From: Eledone cirrhosa
Taxonomy: Eukaryota
Length of the DNA stretch: 64,000 nucleotides
Assembly: GCA_964016885.1 (NCBI GenBank)
Contig: OZ024740.1
Coordinates: 257,548,001 to 257,612,000, forward strand
Direction of reading: 5' to 3'
Shown: positions 42,949 through 57,215 of the stretch, in pieces
Position numbering within the stretch: the first letter of the stretch is position 1
How the letters are laid out: each line of letters opens with the position of its first letter
The notes under the pieces: generated by a model
The model's database searches: none
Seen by the model: only the letters and a program-made list of their open reading frames with translations
Told to the model about the DNA's origin: nothing
Made by a program: the position numbers and the translations under genes

Positions 42949-43790
42949 AATATGGTTTTATAAATATAGTTTCCATTTGTTTAATATCGTATATCTACTC
43001 CAAAACTTGTTGAGTGCTTCATATCAGTTATAAAATATTTACTCGTTGTAACCCAACAATTTTAAATAAAACTTTTGCATATATATATATATATATATAT
43101 ATATAGATATGTGGGTGTCTATGATCTATATATATTGGTCATAGACACACACTCACATCACTCTTTCAATCTACTCTGTCACAACCACTATCTCTTTCTC
43201 TCTATCCTTCCCCTCTATCTATTTGTGAAGGTACCCAGAAAACCTCATATCTCGGAAACCTGTCATCCGATTTATGCGAACCTTGTTTTATCCCATTTGT
43301 ATTACCATTTCAGGTTGAACTAACTTTCAAAGTATTTTCCCATTATGCGCTCTTTTCGCTGTATTACATTACAGACATAGAAGCAAGCAACCAACCACAG
43401 ACTACTAGTATTATATATATATATATTTATATACACACAAACCCAAACAAACATATATGTATATGTATGTACATATATATATAAACATGTGTGTGTTTCT
43501 TTTTATCTTGGAACCATACTATGGCAAATACATCTGAAGAGATTAAGAGTGGGATAAATCGAATCCTCATTCACACTTACAGACATACATATAAACAAAT
43601 ATACGCAGTTACTCACATACACGCATGCACATACACACATATAAATACACACACACATACAAACACAAACACACATAGGTACGCCGTATTGTACGATCGT
43701 TTCAAAATTGTACAATGACTAGTGTAGTTTTCCCAAAGAATCGGGAGCTACGAACGAGCAACGGTCTATATTATTTTGCGTTGTATATAC

Positions 43791-43826
<36 letters not shown>

Positions 43827-44217
43827 ATGTGACTATCTTTATACGTGTGTTAGTGTGTATGTGTGTGTGACTATCTCTATACGTGTGTTAGTGTATATGT
43901 ATGTACGAATGGAGCGAATGGGTATGTAAGCTTTGTGATTGTTTGGATGATATACACATTATTTATGAGGGCGCAATTAGGTCCAAAAAATCGATTAAAT
44001 TATTTCATCATTTCTTTTCAATTTACAGGGATATTTGCATTTTCTATCGTATTTACAAGCCAATGTATTAGATAAGTGTATATATTTACAAACTCTTTTG
44101 CAGTCTCTATTACCCATTCTGTATATATACCGATCTAACGCTGTCGTACACTTCGCCTGCTGGCGCACTTCGTAATATGTACGACACTTTATAATACATA
44201 TATATATGTATATATAC

Positions 44218-44252
<35 letters not shown>

Positions 44253-44928
44253 CAATATTTATTAGTAACCACACAGCGTTGTTGTCACTTTTAATTCATA
44301 TTAATTTCCTCTGTTCTATTCTACCAATCTCGCTTGTTGTTGTTAATTCCGGTTTTGACTTAAGTTCTGCCATGTTGGATTAACACTTTTTCTTTCTATC
44401 CTTTTCGCTCTCTCTCCCTCTCACTTATTCCGCCTTCTCACTCCCTCTCACTTATTCTCTTTCTCTCTTACCATCTATCTTCTTTCACCCTTTCTCTCAC
44501 TGTTCCTTTACCACTCCCCTCGGCCCCTTTCACATCCGTTTTCCTTTGTCTCTCCCCCTTTGCGCCTGTTCTCGCTATAATCAGATGTTTTGTCTTCGCT
44601 CTCTCTCGTGTTGTTAATAGGGATTCAAGACTTACGTTCGGTCACCTTTTTTAACCTGTACCTCTCTACCATTGGTTACCTCAACCTACATGTATTACTG
44701 TCTCGTGTTCCTCTTCTCTGTCGGTATGTTTTTTTCTGTTTATTGTCCTTCTCTTCGCTATCGTCTCTATTTTTCTTTTGTTTTGTTGTTTTCTTCCCTA
44801 ATAATTATTCCACTTAGTTATTAACGCACTGTGGTGAGATGTACTGTCTTTAATGCATCGAAACATAAGCGACCCACAGCCAGTAACCAAATGTCTGTTT
44901 CTCTTACGTTTTCTAAGCAATATATATG

Positions 44929-45005
<77 letters not shown>

Positions 45006-45009
<4 letters not shown>

Positions 45010-45190
45010 ATAATCAGGAGCCGACGGCTGAACTCCGGCCGTTTACACGTTCAGTCCTAGCTGTTGAAACGGCCGGAGTTCACCCGTCGGGGTTCTGACT
45101 CTTTTCCTATTATCCATTCTACTACCCAAAGTAACGAGTACTCTGCTGCGTTATGGTCCACCTGGTTCCTTACCACACTTCCTTGGTTAT
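45006..45190. repeat. Small fold-back element between (TA)n tracts
   Basis: ccgacggctgaactccggccgttt / aaacggccggagttcacccgtcgg; GAAA-CGGCCG resembles the 3' half of a hammerhead. Confidence 0.6.
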
Positions 45191-45219
45191 ATATATATAT
45201 ACATATATATTCTTTAGAA

Positions 45220-45281
<62 letters not shown>

Positions 45282-45284
<3 letters not shown>

Positions 45285-45471
45285 CATGTACTTGATGGCC
45301 GAGAGGAAAACCACTCAATAACGATGTAGAGTCTAAATATTCATTTTTTTAAAGGCTTCTTTACTCTCGAGTTCCGCCTGCTTCCCGCAGTGTCATCAGA
45401 TATTTTATCCTGTGGGAAGCAAGCGAAACTCCAGAGTAAAAGACTTGTGATTTACCATAATAAAATGAATA
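45282..45471. repeat. Fold-back element with degenerate minus-strand hammerhead
   Basis: Arms ttactctcgagttccgcctgcttcccgcag / ctgtgggaagcaagcgaaactccagagtaa; minus strand CTGATGA...GGAA CTCGAGAG TA; plus arm GAAA CTCCAGAG TA. Confidence 0.6.
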
Positions 45472-47038
45472 TATATATATATATATATGTCTGTGTGTGT
45501 GTGTGCGTGTATGTGTGTAGGGGTGTGTGCGTGGCAGGTGTGTCTTTATATACTGGTAACATGTAACCCAGTACAACCCGTCTCATGGTCGAGTCGTCGC
45601 TGACTAAACCGGCAACCCCACCAAGCTAGCTTGGTGAGGATGGTGATATTTGGACAACCCGTGGGATGAAATACAAGATCCAGCAAAGGGCAGAGGACTC
45701 AACAGAGTCAACGACCATCCAAATAGTATATTTAAACAATTTTTTTTTTTTCACCTGAGAGTGAAACGCCCCCAGTCGTTATCACAGCACCTTTCTAGGA
45801 GAGGGAAACTCTGAAAAAACCTGCGGCTTCGGAAGCATCCGATGATGTTGACCAGTTTTCCTTTTCGGGTAGTGTTTTCAATGCCCAGAGAGTGGGACTG
45901 GTCGACTGCAAGGCCTTTCCACACTTTAAAAAAACTTTCAAAGTACAGGCATTGCTTATTTAGGGTATGTTACAGGTTTGTGTGGCTGGCCGTAGCCTAA
46001 AAGTGCACCAAACTCTATGATTTGAAAAACGACTGCAATACTCTTAGCAGAGTTTGCAGCCATCAATATACATACACATGTATTATGTGTGTCTATATAA
46101 ATATATGCCCCAAGTATATTAGATGCATATGTATGCACGTTTTGTATGTGGGCACACTGTTTTCCTTGAAAACGTTTTCACTGCTCAATGAGAGGGAGAG
46201 AGATAGAAAGTGAAAAAGAAAGAGAGAGGGGGAGAAAGAGAGAGTGGTGAGTGTGATGGCGCCTTGTTATTATTATGTGGTTACAAAATTGCTAATAAGA
46301 ATTATTCTACCGACTCACAAATTATAGCGCCAGATGTAAGTTAGATAGGAAAATGGCGTCAGTTTTGTAGAAAATTCTGGAGCCTTTTGGCATGCTATCA
46401 ATCAGAAAAGAAAAATACTTTATAACGATGGAAAATTCATTAGTTTCTTCCCTGAAATGTACACACAAGTAAAGAGACTATTCTGAGAGAAGACTTCTAG
46501 CTGAAGTGTCACAATAGCTGCTACTAACGCCTAAAGGGAGATAATATCAGCTCTCCTCTCTTCCTTAATATCAATGTTCCACCATCCAGACAAGATAGTG
46601 ATGTCACTGACGATGAAATGTTCATGGCTTCAAGCTTTTCTATTTCTTTTTAGGAATTGGTAAGATTGGTAGCAAACAATTGCTGACTGTCAACAATTAA
46701 TATTCAGTATTCAAGAAAAGTAGCCTCTGTAATTTTCTTCAAAGTATATTACTTGTTTTTACTTGTGATCTCGCAAATAGATTTGGCACTTCATTCTAAT
46801 TAGAAACATGAACTTCGGTAAAGAAAAAGTACGTAAGTAGGTCAAATAATTCCTTAACAAGATTAACGTGAATGTATTGAGATTTCCCCGATAGATTTTA
46901 TTTTTTTATTTTTTTATTTTTTTATTTTTTTATTTTTTTACTAATTTTACTTCGAAATACCAACAAGGCAAAATTACAATTGTGAATAGTGTCTCGGTCT
47001 TTGTGTTTGCTCGTATATGCATATATGTGTACACACAT

Positions 47039-47075
<37 letters not shown>

Positions 47076-47145
47076 TATACTTAGGAGACAAAGTTAGTCA
47101 AATAGAACAGACATAATTTCGGCCATTTTCCCACAGCTAATTGTA

Positions 47146-47225
<80 letters not shown>

Positions 47226-47259
47226 GAGAGAAAGAGAGAGAGAGATACATGTATTCAAT

Positions 47260-47612
47260 GTAAAAATTAATTGCGTCAGTAGGTGGTATACCAAGATGAG
47301 CACTCTATGTTTGTGGGGAGCAGATTAACAATAATAATGATATATAAGGGAACACAGACTCAATATTGTATCATATACATATTTCAGTACATATGTTTCA
47401 CTGTTGACCAGCTCGAGGAACGTTTGATGAATGATCGATTCTGACTGGATAAGCGTTGATATTTAGACATATCTGAGGATTTTCCGATTTCAGAGTCAGG
47501 ATCGATCATTAATTAATTGTTCCACGAATTGATCGACAGTGAAACATATGTGAAATGTAAGTAAATATGTATATGATACAACCCTAATTCTTTGTTCCTT
47601 TATATTATTATT
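47260..47612. repeat. Old fold-back element (arms ~47330-47446 and ~47494-47612) with degenerate hammerhead
   Basis: Diverged inverted arms; CTGAGGA at 47473 and GAAA CATATG at 47541. Confidence 0.6.
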
Positions 47613-47630
47613 ATCATTATTATTATTATT

Positions 47631-50600
47631 GGCGACCTACGTCGTAAATCGTATCATCGTGAGCTCCGCAAAGGTTTGTTATTTTCAGTTGTTTAAAATT
47701 GTCATTCATGGACATTTTTTATTGTTAACTGTATATAAGTGCACATACATTGTTATCTGAAAAGGACACCCAAATAGATTGGAGCCTTGAGCCCAAAATT
47801 TAAACTTTTATAATTATCAAACAAAAATGTTTCTTTGAAAAATCATGGATGACTCAGAGTCACTCCTTCCTCACATACTAACACCTCACACCGACACCAC
47901 CATTGTAAATATTACTACGTTTGCCAACACTAAAAATATAAGCAGTAGCAATATTTTAAATTTGTCTCAGGCAGACATTCATTTCCCGCCATTACCAAAG
48001 ACTGCAGGTGTTAAAGCCGCCGCCACCACCACCACGGCGACAACAGAAACAAAAGAAAAATATAAATTAACCCGTGATATCGAAATGAATTCAACCAAAA
48101 TGAACTCTTCCACACCGAACACCACTGACGCCACCACCACCACAACTGAAACTAAAATTAATAATAACAAAAATAACGATCAAAACAACAGCAACAATGA
48201 CATTAAGAAAACCACCCCGAGTTTTGCCAAAGTAGCAAAACAGTGCGAAGCATTTCACGTAACTCAGGAGGAATTAGAAGAAGCCAAAAAAATGATAAAG
48301 AAAGATGGGTACAGGGTCAGCCCCCTCCCCCCACACACACACCTAATAAAATGGAGCATCGGCGCCTATGCATCGTGTCTTATCGAACAATTAATATAAA
48401 ATCGCGGCGAGTGGAACCGGCATCCGAGTCCCAAATCCAAAATCTTTGAGACATGTGTGGGCGAAAAAAAACCCACATCAGGCGTGGGCAGAAGTATGGA
48501 ACCGTGGACGTGCTCTTTGAAACACTCCATGGCCCCATTAAGAAGTGACGACTTCACACTCGTCCCAAGCTATTGTGGCCAGAGACTCGTAAAGATCAGG
48601 GTCACCCACGTTCCACCGGCCATCTAAATTCCCTGGCTAATAGCTGCAGTCCTCGCCGGCATCGAAGCCAACACCAAGATAATCGAAATAGCGAAAAGCA
48701 GGAGAACTGGTCCGGATCAGGGATGGAGCTCCTGATCCAAGCGGACCAAAAAAGCATTGAGGAGATCCCAGAGGTAATAGACCTCACTGACGGCAGCCAC
48801 CTCACCGTAATTGTCGAGGGCAAAAGGCCTAGGTGTGTCGTTTGTGGTGAAGGAACCCACATAAGGGCTTTGTGCCCTCAGGCTAAAAGGTTGAGGTTAC
48901 CTCTCCTACCGACCCCAGTGACTCAACCGTCAACACCACCAGCAGCAGAGATGGCATCAACAATTGTAGCAGCAACAACAGAAGCAACTGTAATAGCAAC
49001 AACCCCAGCAACACTAGCAAAACCAACACCACCACCACCCACCGCGCCAGAAGTAGCATCAGTGCCTACATTATCCACCACGCCACAACCAAAATCAACG
49101 CATGTGGAGGATTTTCCACTCCCCGGCCTATCACAACTGGATACAGATTGTGACGACGAGGAGTGGTAAACGGTATCAGGAAAAAAGAAAAAAAGAAACT
49201 AAAAAAGAAAAAAACTCTCTTCCCTCCCCCTACAAAAACAAAATACAGAGGAAAACAAATAAACTATCAAACAAAAAAGTTAGGACAGATATGCCACCAT
49301 CCACACCAGCATCACCAACACCATCACCACAAACACCAACACCATCACCATCATTAACCCCAACACCACCATCACCAGCACCACAAAAGTCACCAAAAAA
49401 CGAAACAGAAACAAACCCACAACAAACGCAACCAAAACAAAACAACCAAAACGATACACACTACATTAAATTTGAACAACAACCAGTTATTACACTACAT
49501 CCAACACAATACCAGAATCACAGAAAAAGACTACACAACAACCAAAAAGTTCACACCACCTACACACATACAAATCACTCGCCTCACACAGAAAACGTAC
49601 ACGACAAAAAAACAAAAATTCCCCAAAGACATCGGAGACCTCCGACAAGCACTCTCCATGTATATTTATAAGGACATCCTTCTGGAGGAGGCCTCAAGCA
49701 GTGAAAAGGTTGGAGAACCCATCCTTCCTCTACGAGAAATATGGTAAGTGGTCTTTCCCAACTTTTCCACTCCATTTCAACATGACCTCACTCAGAATAG
49801 CAGTATAAATGCGCGTGGCTTGGGGTCGTCATGGAAGCAGGGCCACCTGCTCAACGACCTCAGGTCACTAAACATAGATGTAGCGGCCATCAGCGAGACC
49901 AGAATCTCCGAAGCACGGGCCTTCGCACCGATCTTCGGTGACTACGTTGTGTACGCATCTCCCAGCCGTCCTGGATCGGCGGGAGGAGTTGCTGTGCTTT
50001 TTCGGAGAGGTTTGGATGTCGCCATACGGGCCATCTTCCTGGACCCAGAAGGTAAGTTGGTGGTGCTGGACGTGACCAGCAGAGACGCGCAAGCTTTCAG
50101 GCTAGTGGCCGTCTATGCCCCGACAGGAGCAGAGCGGCCTGATTTCTTCCGGCGTCTGGAGACCTTTCTTGGAACGTCACGCTCTTAAGTGTTAGTGGGC
50201 GAATGGAACGGGATCTTAGATGCACGCTGAGACTATGTGGGATTAGCGGATAGAGGAGGAGGGTGCAAGAACCTCACCAACTTGCTCAGGCGTTTTGAAC
50301 TGTCTGACAGTACCGATTGGATTTCCCGAATGTGCCAATGTGGACTTGGACAAACCGCATAGGGTCATCCAGATCATATCTAGATAGAGTATTTTGTATT
50401 TTGTAAGGAAATAGATAGGTCTAGCATAGCCACGATCCAGTCTTTGGTGGACCACGACGGGCGTATGCTACTCGATCCCGGACAAATGTGTGAAGCTTTT
50501 CAGTGACACTTCGCTCAGCAGTTCGGGGGCAGCGGCGGGCTACATCGAGGGATGGACTTTAGTTTCTATCTCGACGGACTGCCGCGACTTTTAGCCACTG

Positions 50601-52928
50601 TGGCGGAGTGTTGCGAAAAGCCGATAACCGGCTATGAAGTACGGGAGGCAATGACTGGCTGCACAAGGGGTAAATCGCCTGGTTTGGATGTTCTGCCCTA
50701 CGAACTTCACATACAGATGCCATACTTGGCGGACGTCTACGGCAACTGGCAACAGAACGAGAGAATTCCCAGCTCTGTGAGCCGAGGAGCGGTGGGTCTG
50801 CTGAAAAAGAATCCGAACAAGAAGGATAACATAGATAATTTCAGGCCCATAACTCTGCTAAACACAGAGTTCAAGATTTTGGCCAAGGTACTGGCAAAGA
50901 GGTTGGCGCTTGTCGTTGGTGGTCTGGTGGGAGATCCATCCACGACAACCTCCACCTCATGCGATACATCCTAGAGAGGGTAGCTATGGAACCTGGCACG
51001 GGTGGGTCCTTGATCAATTTAGATCAGTCGAAAGCTTTCGATAGGGTCGACCATCGTTACCTAGCGGCAGTCCTGGGGGCGGCTGGCTTTGGGCCCGTCT
51101 TCAGAGGCTGGATCGCTGCCATGCACAGCGATATCTGCTCTGTGGTGAGAGTGAACGGTCACCTTTCGGAACCGTTCAACATCATGCGCTCGGTCCGCCG
51201 AGGATGTCCCCTCTCGTCCCTCTTGTACGTATTGACTCTCGAGTCATTACTGCACAAACTGGAGACGTTGAGGGGCGTCCCGCGCGAACTAGGATGCGGA
51301 AGATCCGTGTCAGCATATGCGGACGATGTCACCGTAGTGGTGTCGAACGCCAAACACATCGAGGCGATCGGCACTACACTAAGAGAATACGAAGCGGTGA
51401 CAGGAGCAATGATCAAACGTGAAAAGTCAGTGGGCCTGCAGCTCGGCACATGGAGAAGTAAATCCATGCCGTCCAACAGCGTCGTCGGGCGCTGGACGTA
51501 CGGACCGGTTAAATTGCTAGGGGTCTGGTTCGGTGCGGACCTCCAGACGGACAAAAACTGGGACGAGGTGACGAGCAGGGTGGCTTCTCTCACCCAGAAA
51601 TGGGCCGAGAGGAAGCTATCCCCGAAAGGTCGAGCGGAGGTGGCTAACACGTACATCGCGTCCGTCATCTACTACCGCCTGACCGTCGTACCTTTTCCTA
51701 AGCCCCGCCTGATGCGCTGGAGCGTTTGCTCTTTTGCTTTTTGTGGAAGGAACGCGCTCCGATGGTCAGGCGGTCCATCTGCTGTCAACACCCGCTACGT
51801 GGAGGGCTGGGCATGCCGTGGCTGATGATGCGCAGACACGCGCTCTGGCTACGACATCACCTCTTCCTCGACGGTGATCAGGTGTGATCGCCGTTTGCTA
51901 GACACGTCTTTCCCCAGTTCGTCTCCTTGACTGAGGTGCAGTCCTGGGTCAAGCAAAGACCGAGAGGGAGCGCTTGGAGACTGGAATGTCTTCAAGCGCT
52001 CACAGCCCTCGACCAATCGGGCAATGTGATCGGTGGAAACTCCACCTTGGCGTTCTATAGAGGATTAGTGTAGGGGAAGAGCGACGACATACTTGGGGAA
52101 ACTCTAGGCGTCGACGAAAATCAACTAGCCAATCTCTTCGGAAGGACTTTCGGGCCGGGGCCTATGGACAACTACCAGAAATCCCTGGCCTGGCAGTGCT
52201 ACCGAGGAGCTTTGCCAGTTCTGGATAAACTCTACAGGCATGGAGGTGCCGTCAGCCGGGCATGTCCGAGATGCGCGCAGGGCGACGAAACCGTTCTGCA
52301 CGCACTCGTCCAGTGTCCGAGCATTGCTGACTTGTGGGTTTATGTCGAACACCTGCTGTCACGTGTAGGACGGATCCAGCTATTAGCTGAGTCCATCGTG
52401 AGTATTGCCCCGCCCTCTTCCTTTAGCCGGGAAGGGCAGGCAGTTTTTATCTGTCTGGTGGCCATGGCGAAAGAGATATTATGGTGGACACGTTTGAAAG
52501 GGCTGAAGACGAGCACTTACCTCTTCGGTGATGCCCTGATTAACTTTTTTCAAATTTCATTTGAAAAGGAAAATAAGGGTAGAGAGGGAAGTGCTCTCTT
52601 CCCAGCATTTTGTTGACAGATGGGTGAGAGATGCAAGAATGGCCCGAGTGACTGGGCCTACTCTGAGTTTTGTGTCTGTAAATTAAAGGTGGAAAACTGG
52701 GAGAGGGCACTTGCCCTGGTGATCAGGCTCACTGTCGTCTTTTAATGGGCTTTCTCCACAAATGTCCCTCGGAAGCCTCCCCCCTATTTGGGAATTTTTC
52801 ATTATTATTTTTTTTATTACATCCTCTGTTTTTTTTACACGCAGAAATGCACATTTGTACCGTCCTGTATTGTCCTGTACTGTCCTTAATGTCTACTTTA
52901 TGTAAACCCTTGTGGTTAATAAAGAACG
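47631..52928 (+). mobile_element. Tx1-clade LINE T4, both ends present, decayed (same subfamily as T2)
   Basis: (ATT)n-ggcgacctacgt start; ORF1 from 47845 with CVVCGEGTHIRALC; ORF2 ATG at 49782, APE motifs, DQSKAFDRVDH, YADD, CPRC..ETVLHALVQC; AATAAA and (TAT)n tail. Confidence 0.92.
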
Positions 52929-52947
52929 TATTATTATTATTATTATT

Positions 52948-53050
52948 CCGCCGAGGTCAACTTTGCCTTTCATCCTTACGGGGTCGATAAAATGAAGTAC
53001 CAGTAATGTACTGGTTAATTGCTGGCTTTGTGCCAAAAGTAGAAAGAATC
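52948..53050 (+). mobile_element. 5'-truncated Meta-like SINE in the Tx1 (TAT)n tail
   Basis: ccgccgaggtcaactttgcctttcatccttacggggtcgataaaatgaagtaccag...tgccaaaagtagaaagaatc-attattatt. Confidence 0.85.
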
Positions 53051-53059
53051 ATTATTATT

Positions 53060-53643
53060 CTTTGAGTCTGAGTCATTGATGTTATTTAATTGGAAAGTTT
53101 GTTGAAATGAATATCAAGCCCCTACCTGGAGCCTCAGATATTCAGGACGTATCGGAGTGCTCCTGCTGTTCCCAGCAAGCATGCCTTTTGAAGTGTTCCA
53201 AAAAGCGGGGCGGGGCCCATTTTCTTTAACCATCCCTGGTAACCTTTTGAGATAGTACCTAGTACGCCTATGACAATCGGGACCACTTTGACTTCATGGC
53301 AGTTCCAAATCCATTTTACCTTCCTTTTTAAATCCTGGTATCGGTTAATTTTTTTCTTTCTCAAAGGGGTTGGCTACATCTACAATCAGGCACAATATTT
53401 TTTCCTTGTCAAAATCACCTGGTCAGGCCTATTGTTTCCTAATTTCTTTTCCGTCTGTATCCTGAAGACCCATAGCACCTTCACTTGATCAATTTCTATC
53501 ACCGACTCTGGCTTAAGCGCATACCACTTCTCAGAATGTGGTAAATTATTTAGTTTGCATAAATGCTAGTGGATCACATTTCCTACTATATCATGTCTCC
53601 AGCCTTTATAGTGAGCCTGGGCTAGGTGTTTGCTCTCGGATAC
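53060..53643 (-). mobile_element. R4/Dong-like family A, diverged 3' fragment A5
   Basis: INRYQDLK...LQKACLLGTA..LRYVLNI plus the family A 3' UTR abutting attattatt. Confidence 0.88.
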
Positions 53644-53764
53644 GATTTGATTCCGTCATTCGTGCTCTTGTATTGGGATTCAAACATACATTGTTGCTGA
53701 TATTCGAAGGGCTCAGATTGCATTTGTTGTATTCGGCCACGTGGAGCGATAAGCTGTTTGTTGG

Positions 53765-53901
<137 letters not shown>

Positions 53902-54025
53902 AAGGGTATATACACATAAACTAGACAGAGCCATGGATATATGTATATTGTTGGCAACCATTCACGTTGTGGCTCAATGACGAATTAATTAAATAAATAA
54001 TTAACAATCAGAGTAATATATAATG

Positions 54026-54925
54026 AATAAGTCCATAGAATGATTAGATAAAATATATACAGGATTTCTTCTCCCAATCAGCATAAATCAACCACACAAA
54101 AAATCATTTAAACGAGGCTATAAGTTTAAAATATACTTATGAAGAAATAATAGGTAAATGATATAGATTATTACCCGCGACTCACAGCTACAGAAAATTT
54201 ATCCAATATTTCTGATAGCCTGTAGAAATTGACTAGACATATAGTTAACTACACATAATTAGGTACAAAATTAAAGTTAGAAGAAAAAACGTACATAAAC
54301 ATACCAAAATCATCAAAATATCCCTACTACCGTCAGTTTCATTCCATTTTTAAATTTTATATACTCCCGTAAGGTTGAGGGAAACTTTAGGCAGTATTTG
54401 GCTGCGCTTTCTAGCAACGAGCCTACTCACCGACAGGTACCAATCACAAATTTTCTGCCTCGACTACTAGCCACGTAACGATTCTTACCCATTTTGAATT
54501 CGTTTCTGGCGGAGGTCTTGTAAGAAAAATCTTTGTCCAATTGAGTTTATCTCCTGATGATTTCCAATCTCGTTGATTTATCCAAGATCGGATATATCCA
54601 AAAATGGAATGAAACTGCCAGTAGTAGAGATATTTTGATGATTTTGGTATGATTATGTACATTTTTTCTTCTAACTTTAATTTTGTACCTAATTATGTAT
54701 GGTTAACTATATGTCTAGTCAATTTCTACAGGCTATCAGAAATACTGGATACATTTTCTGTAGCTGTGAGTCGCGGGTAATAATCTATATCATTTACCTA
54801 TTATTTCTTCATAAGTATATTTTAAACTTATAGCCTCGTTTAAATGATTTTTTGTGTGGTTGATTTATGCTGATTGGGAGAAGAAATCCTGTATATATTT
54901 TATCTAATGATTCTATGGACTTATT
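54026..54925. repeat. Long inverted repeat (arms 54026-54351 and 54600-54925), hammerhead-bearing fold-back element between (TA)n tracts
   Basis: aataagtccatagaa...ccattttt is the reverse complement of aaaaatgg...ttctatggacttatt, with few mismatches. Confidence 0.92.
54548..54632 (+). ncRNA. Type I hammerhead ribozyme
   Basis: tatctc CTGATGA T ttcca...tggaa T GAAA CTGCCAGTAG TA gagata. Confidence 0.82.
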
Positions 54926-55211
54926 TTTTATATTTTTTATATTTGTTATATATATATATATATATTCGGAGGGCTGTAAGCCTAAAGAATGAACGCAGGC
55001 TGCCCGCAAACCAAGGATTTTTGTTTTTATTACACAACTTGTGTTCACGGTGTTTCCTTTATAACTGTTATGCAATGCACTTGATGATGTCACTGGAATC
55101 ATACTTGTCATACTTGTCATTGGAGTATATATAGTGCCTGCAGAATAAAAATTAAAGGAATTTAAAATTTACAGCCTACTGTCGCTTTATTCAAAAACAC
55201 ACACACACACT

Positions 55212-55248
<37 letters not shown>

Positions 55249-56021
55249 TTAACTGTTAGTCAATCAATGATAAACATTGATTGCCAGCTAAATTAACTAT
55301 AGGGATATAAAATATACGGAAGCGAAATCCAATCCAAACCAAAGAGTGAGTGGGTTATAATATATATTTCTGGCTATTTTATAAAAATATGACCTTCACC
55401 AAATATATATATATATATCGGCTGAGAGAGAAGTGTACTCAATACGGAAGTATTCGTACGCGGAAGTGTTGACTGTTTATCATATCTGATACCAATATAT
55501 GGCCGTCTTTTCACCTCTTAATTTTGTGTGTGAGACCCGTTGTCTGAGAGCTTTGACCGGAGCGAAAAGATTAATTCTTTAGCTACCCGCAACCACGTAA
55601 AATTTGTAAATCGGTGGCTAGTTGAGAGATAGAATCGTATCGGGTGCCAGTTGCTAATCGCTTTACCGTGTCAGTCATCACAAAAAGTCACGACTGGCTT
55701 GGACTGGTGTTCGGATTCTGTCGATCGATTGGTTATTGATTAGGCGATACCCGCTGAGGAAGCCGCACAAGCCGATTATGAATTGTTGCATAATATATGC
55801 AGACGGATGGTGTAGTGCACCTTATTGTGGCATTAGTGCGACAGAAACTAGAGTCCGGGAACCATTATAGGCACCCGTTTTACGTGTGTTGTGTTGAAGC
55901 AAATAACTATGTGTATACTCTGGGAATGTATGTTACATTGCCCATGGAGTGCGCTGAGATACAACCGGTACTGGCATTGATAAATATACTGGGTCCGTCA
56001 ACCCTTATTATATATATATCT

Positions 56022-56040
56022 GTGTGTGTGTATGTGTGTG

Positions 56041-56117
<77 letters not shown>

Positions 56118-56379
56118 ATAATAATAAATTAATTTGAAGACTAAAATCCAAAGAGGGCTCGATTCTTTGCTTAAACTTTATATATATATTTATATATACA
56201 TATATATGTATACTGACACACACATATATATATATATACGTATCAGAATCAAAATATTTATTATATGAAGCATATAAGTTAAGTACACTATATATATATA
56301 TACATCTGTGTGTGTGAGAGAGGGAGAGAGAGAGCGAGAGAGAGAGAGAGGGGGAGTGACAGAGAGAGAGAGTGAGAGA

Positions 56380-56455
<76 letters not shown>

Positions 56456-56496
56456 GGGAGTGACAGAGAGAGAGAGAGAGAGAGAGGGGGAGTGAC

Positions 56497-56565
<69 letters not shown>

Positions 56566-56795
56566 ATGTGTGTATCTATGCATGTATATTTGCTGGTGTT
56601 ATTCCAGTGAAAGTAGTGTACCGCGCTTAGAGCTTTATGATGATTTACAATGGACAAGCAAGGTCAATGAATGTCAAAAGACATCCGCTACACTTTCGAC
56701 AATTTCTGTGAGTACATATACATTTTTGCATACAGACACACACATGCACATGCACACACTCTCACACATTGACGTATGTGTGTGTATATATATAC

Positions 56796-56828
<33 letters not shown>

Positions 56829-56848
56829 CATATATATATATACACACA

Positions 56849-56886
<38 letters not shown>

Positions 56887-56909
56887 TATATACATATATA
56901 TATATATAC

Positions 56910-57001
<92 letters not shown>

Positions 57002-57029
57002 GTATATATGTATATATATATATATGTAT

Positions 57030-57111
<82 letters not shown>

Positions 57112-57120
57112 GTATATATG

Positions 57121-57194
<74 letters not shown>

Positions 57195-57215
57195 TATAGA
57201 GAGAGAGAGAGAGAA
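56022..57215. repeat. (TA)n, (GA)n and (CA)n microsatellite blocks
   Basis: Direct reading. Confidence 0.95.

Noticed and set aside
43220-43420. Possible second Helitron end
   Set aside because: No matching hairpin-CTAG terminus could be paired with it confidently.
44826-44880. Hammerhead-like gatgta...tgcatc-GAAAC
   Set aside because: The CTGANGA box and cleavage triplet are too degenerate.
45560-45935. GC-richer segment with palindrome caccaagctagcttggtg, reminiscent of an RTE 5' UTR or twister ribozyme
   Set aside because: No twister or HDV consensus could be fitted and there is no adjoining ORF; left unclassified.
46200-46900. Possible host exon in unique-looking sequence (also 32150-32900 and 62560-63700)
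   Set aside because: No convincing ORF with paired splice sites or recognisable protein motif.
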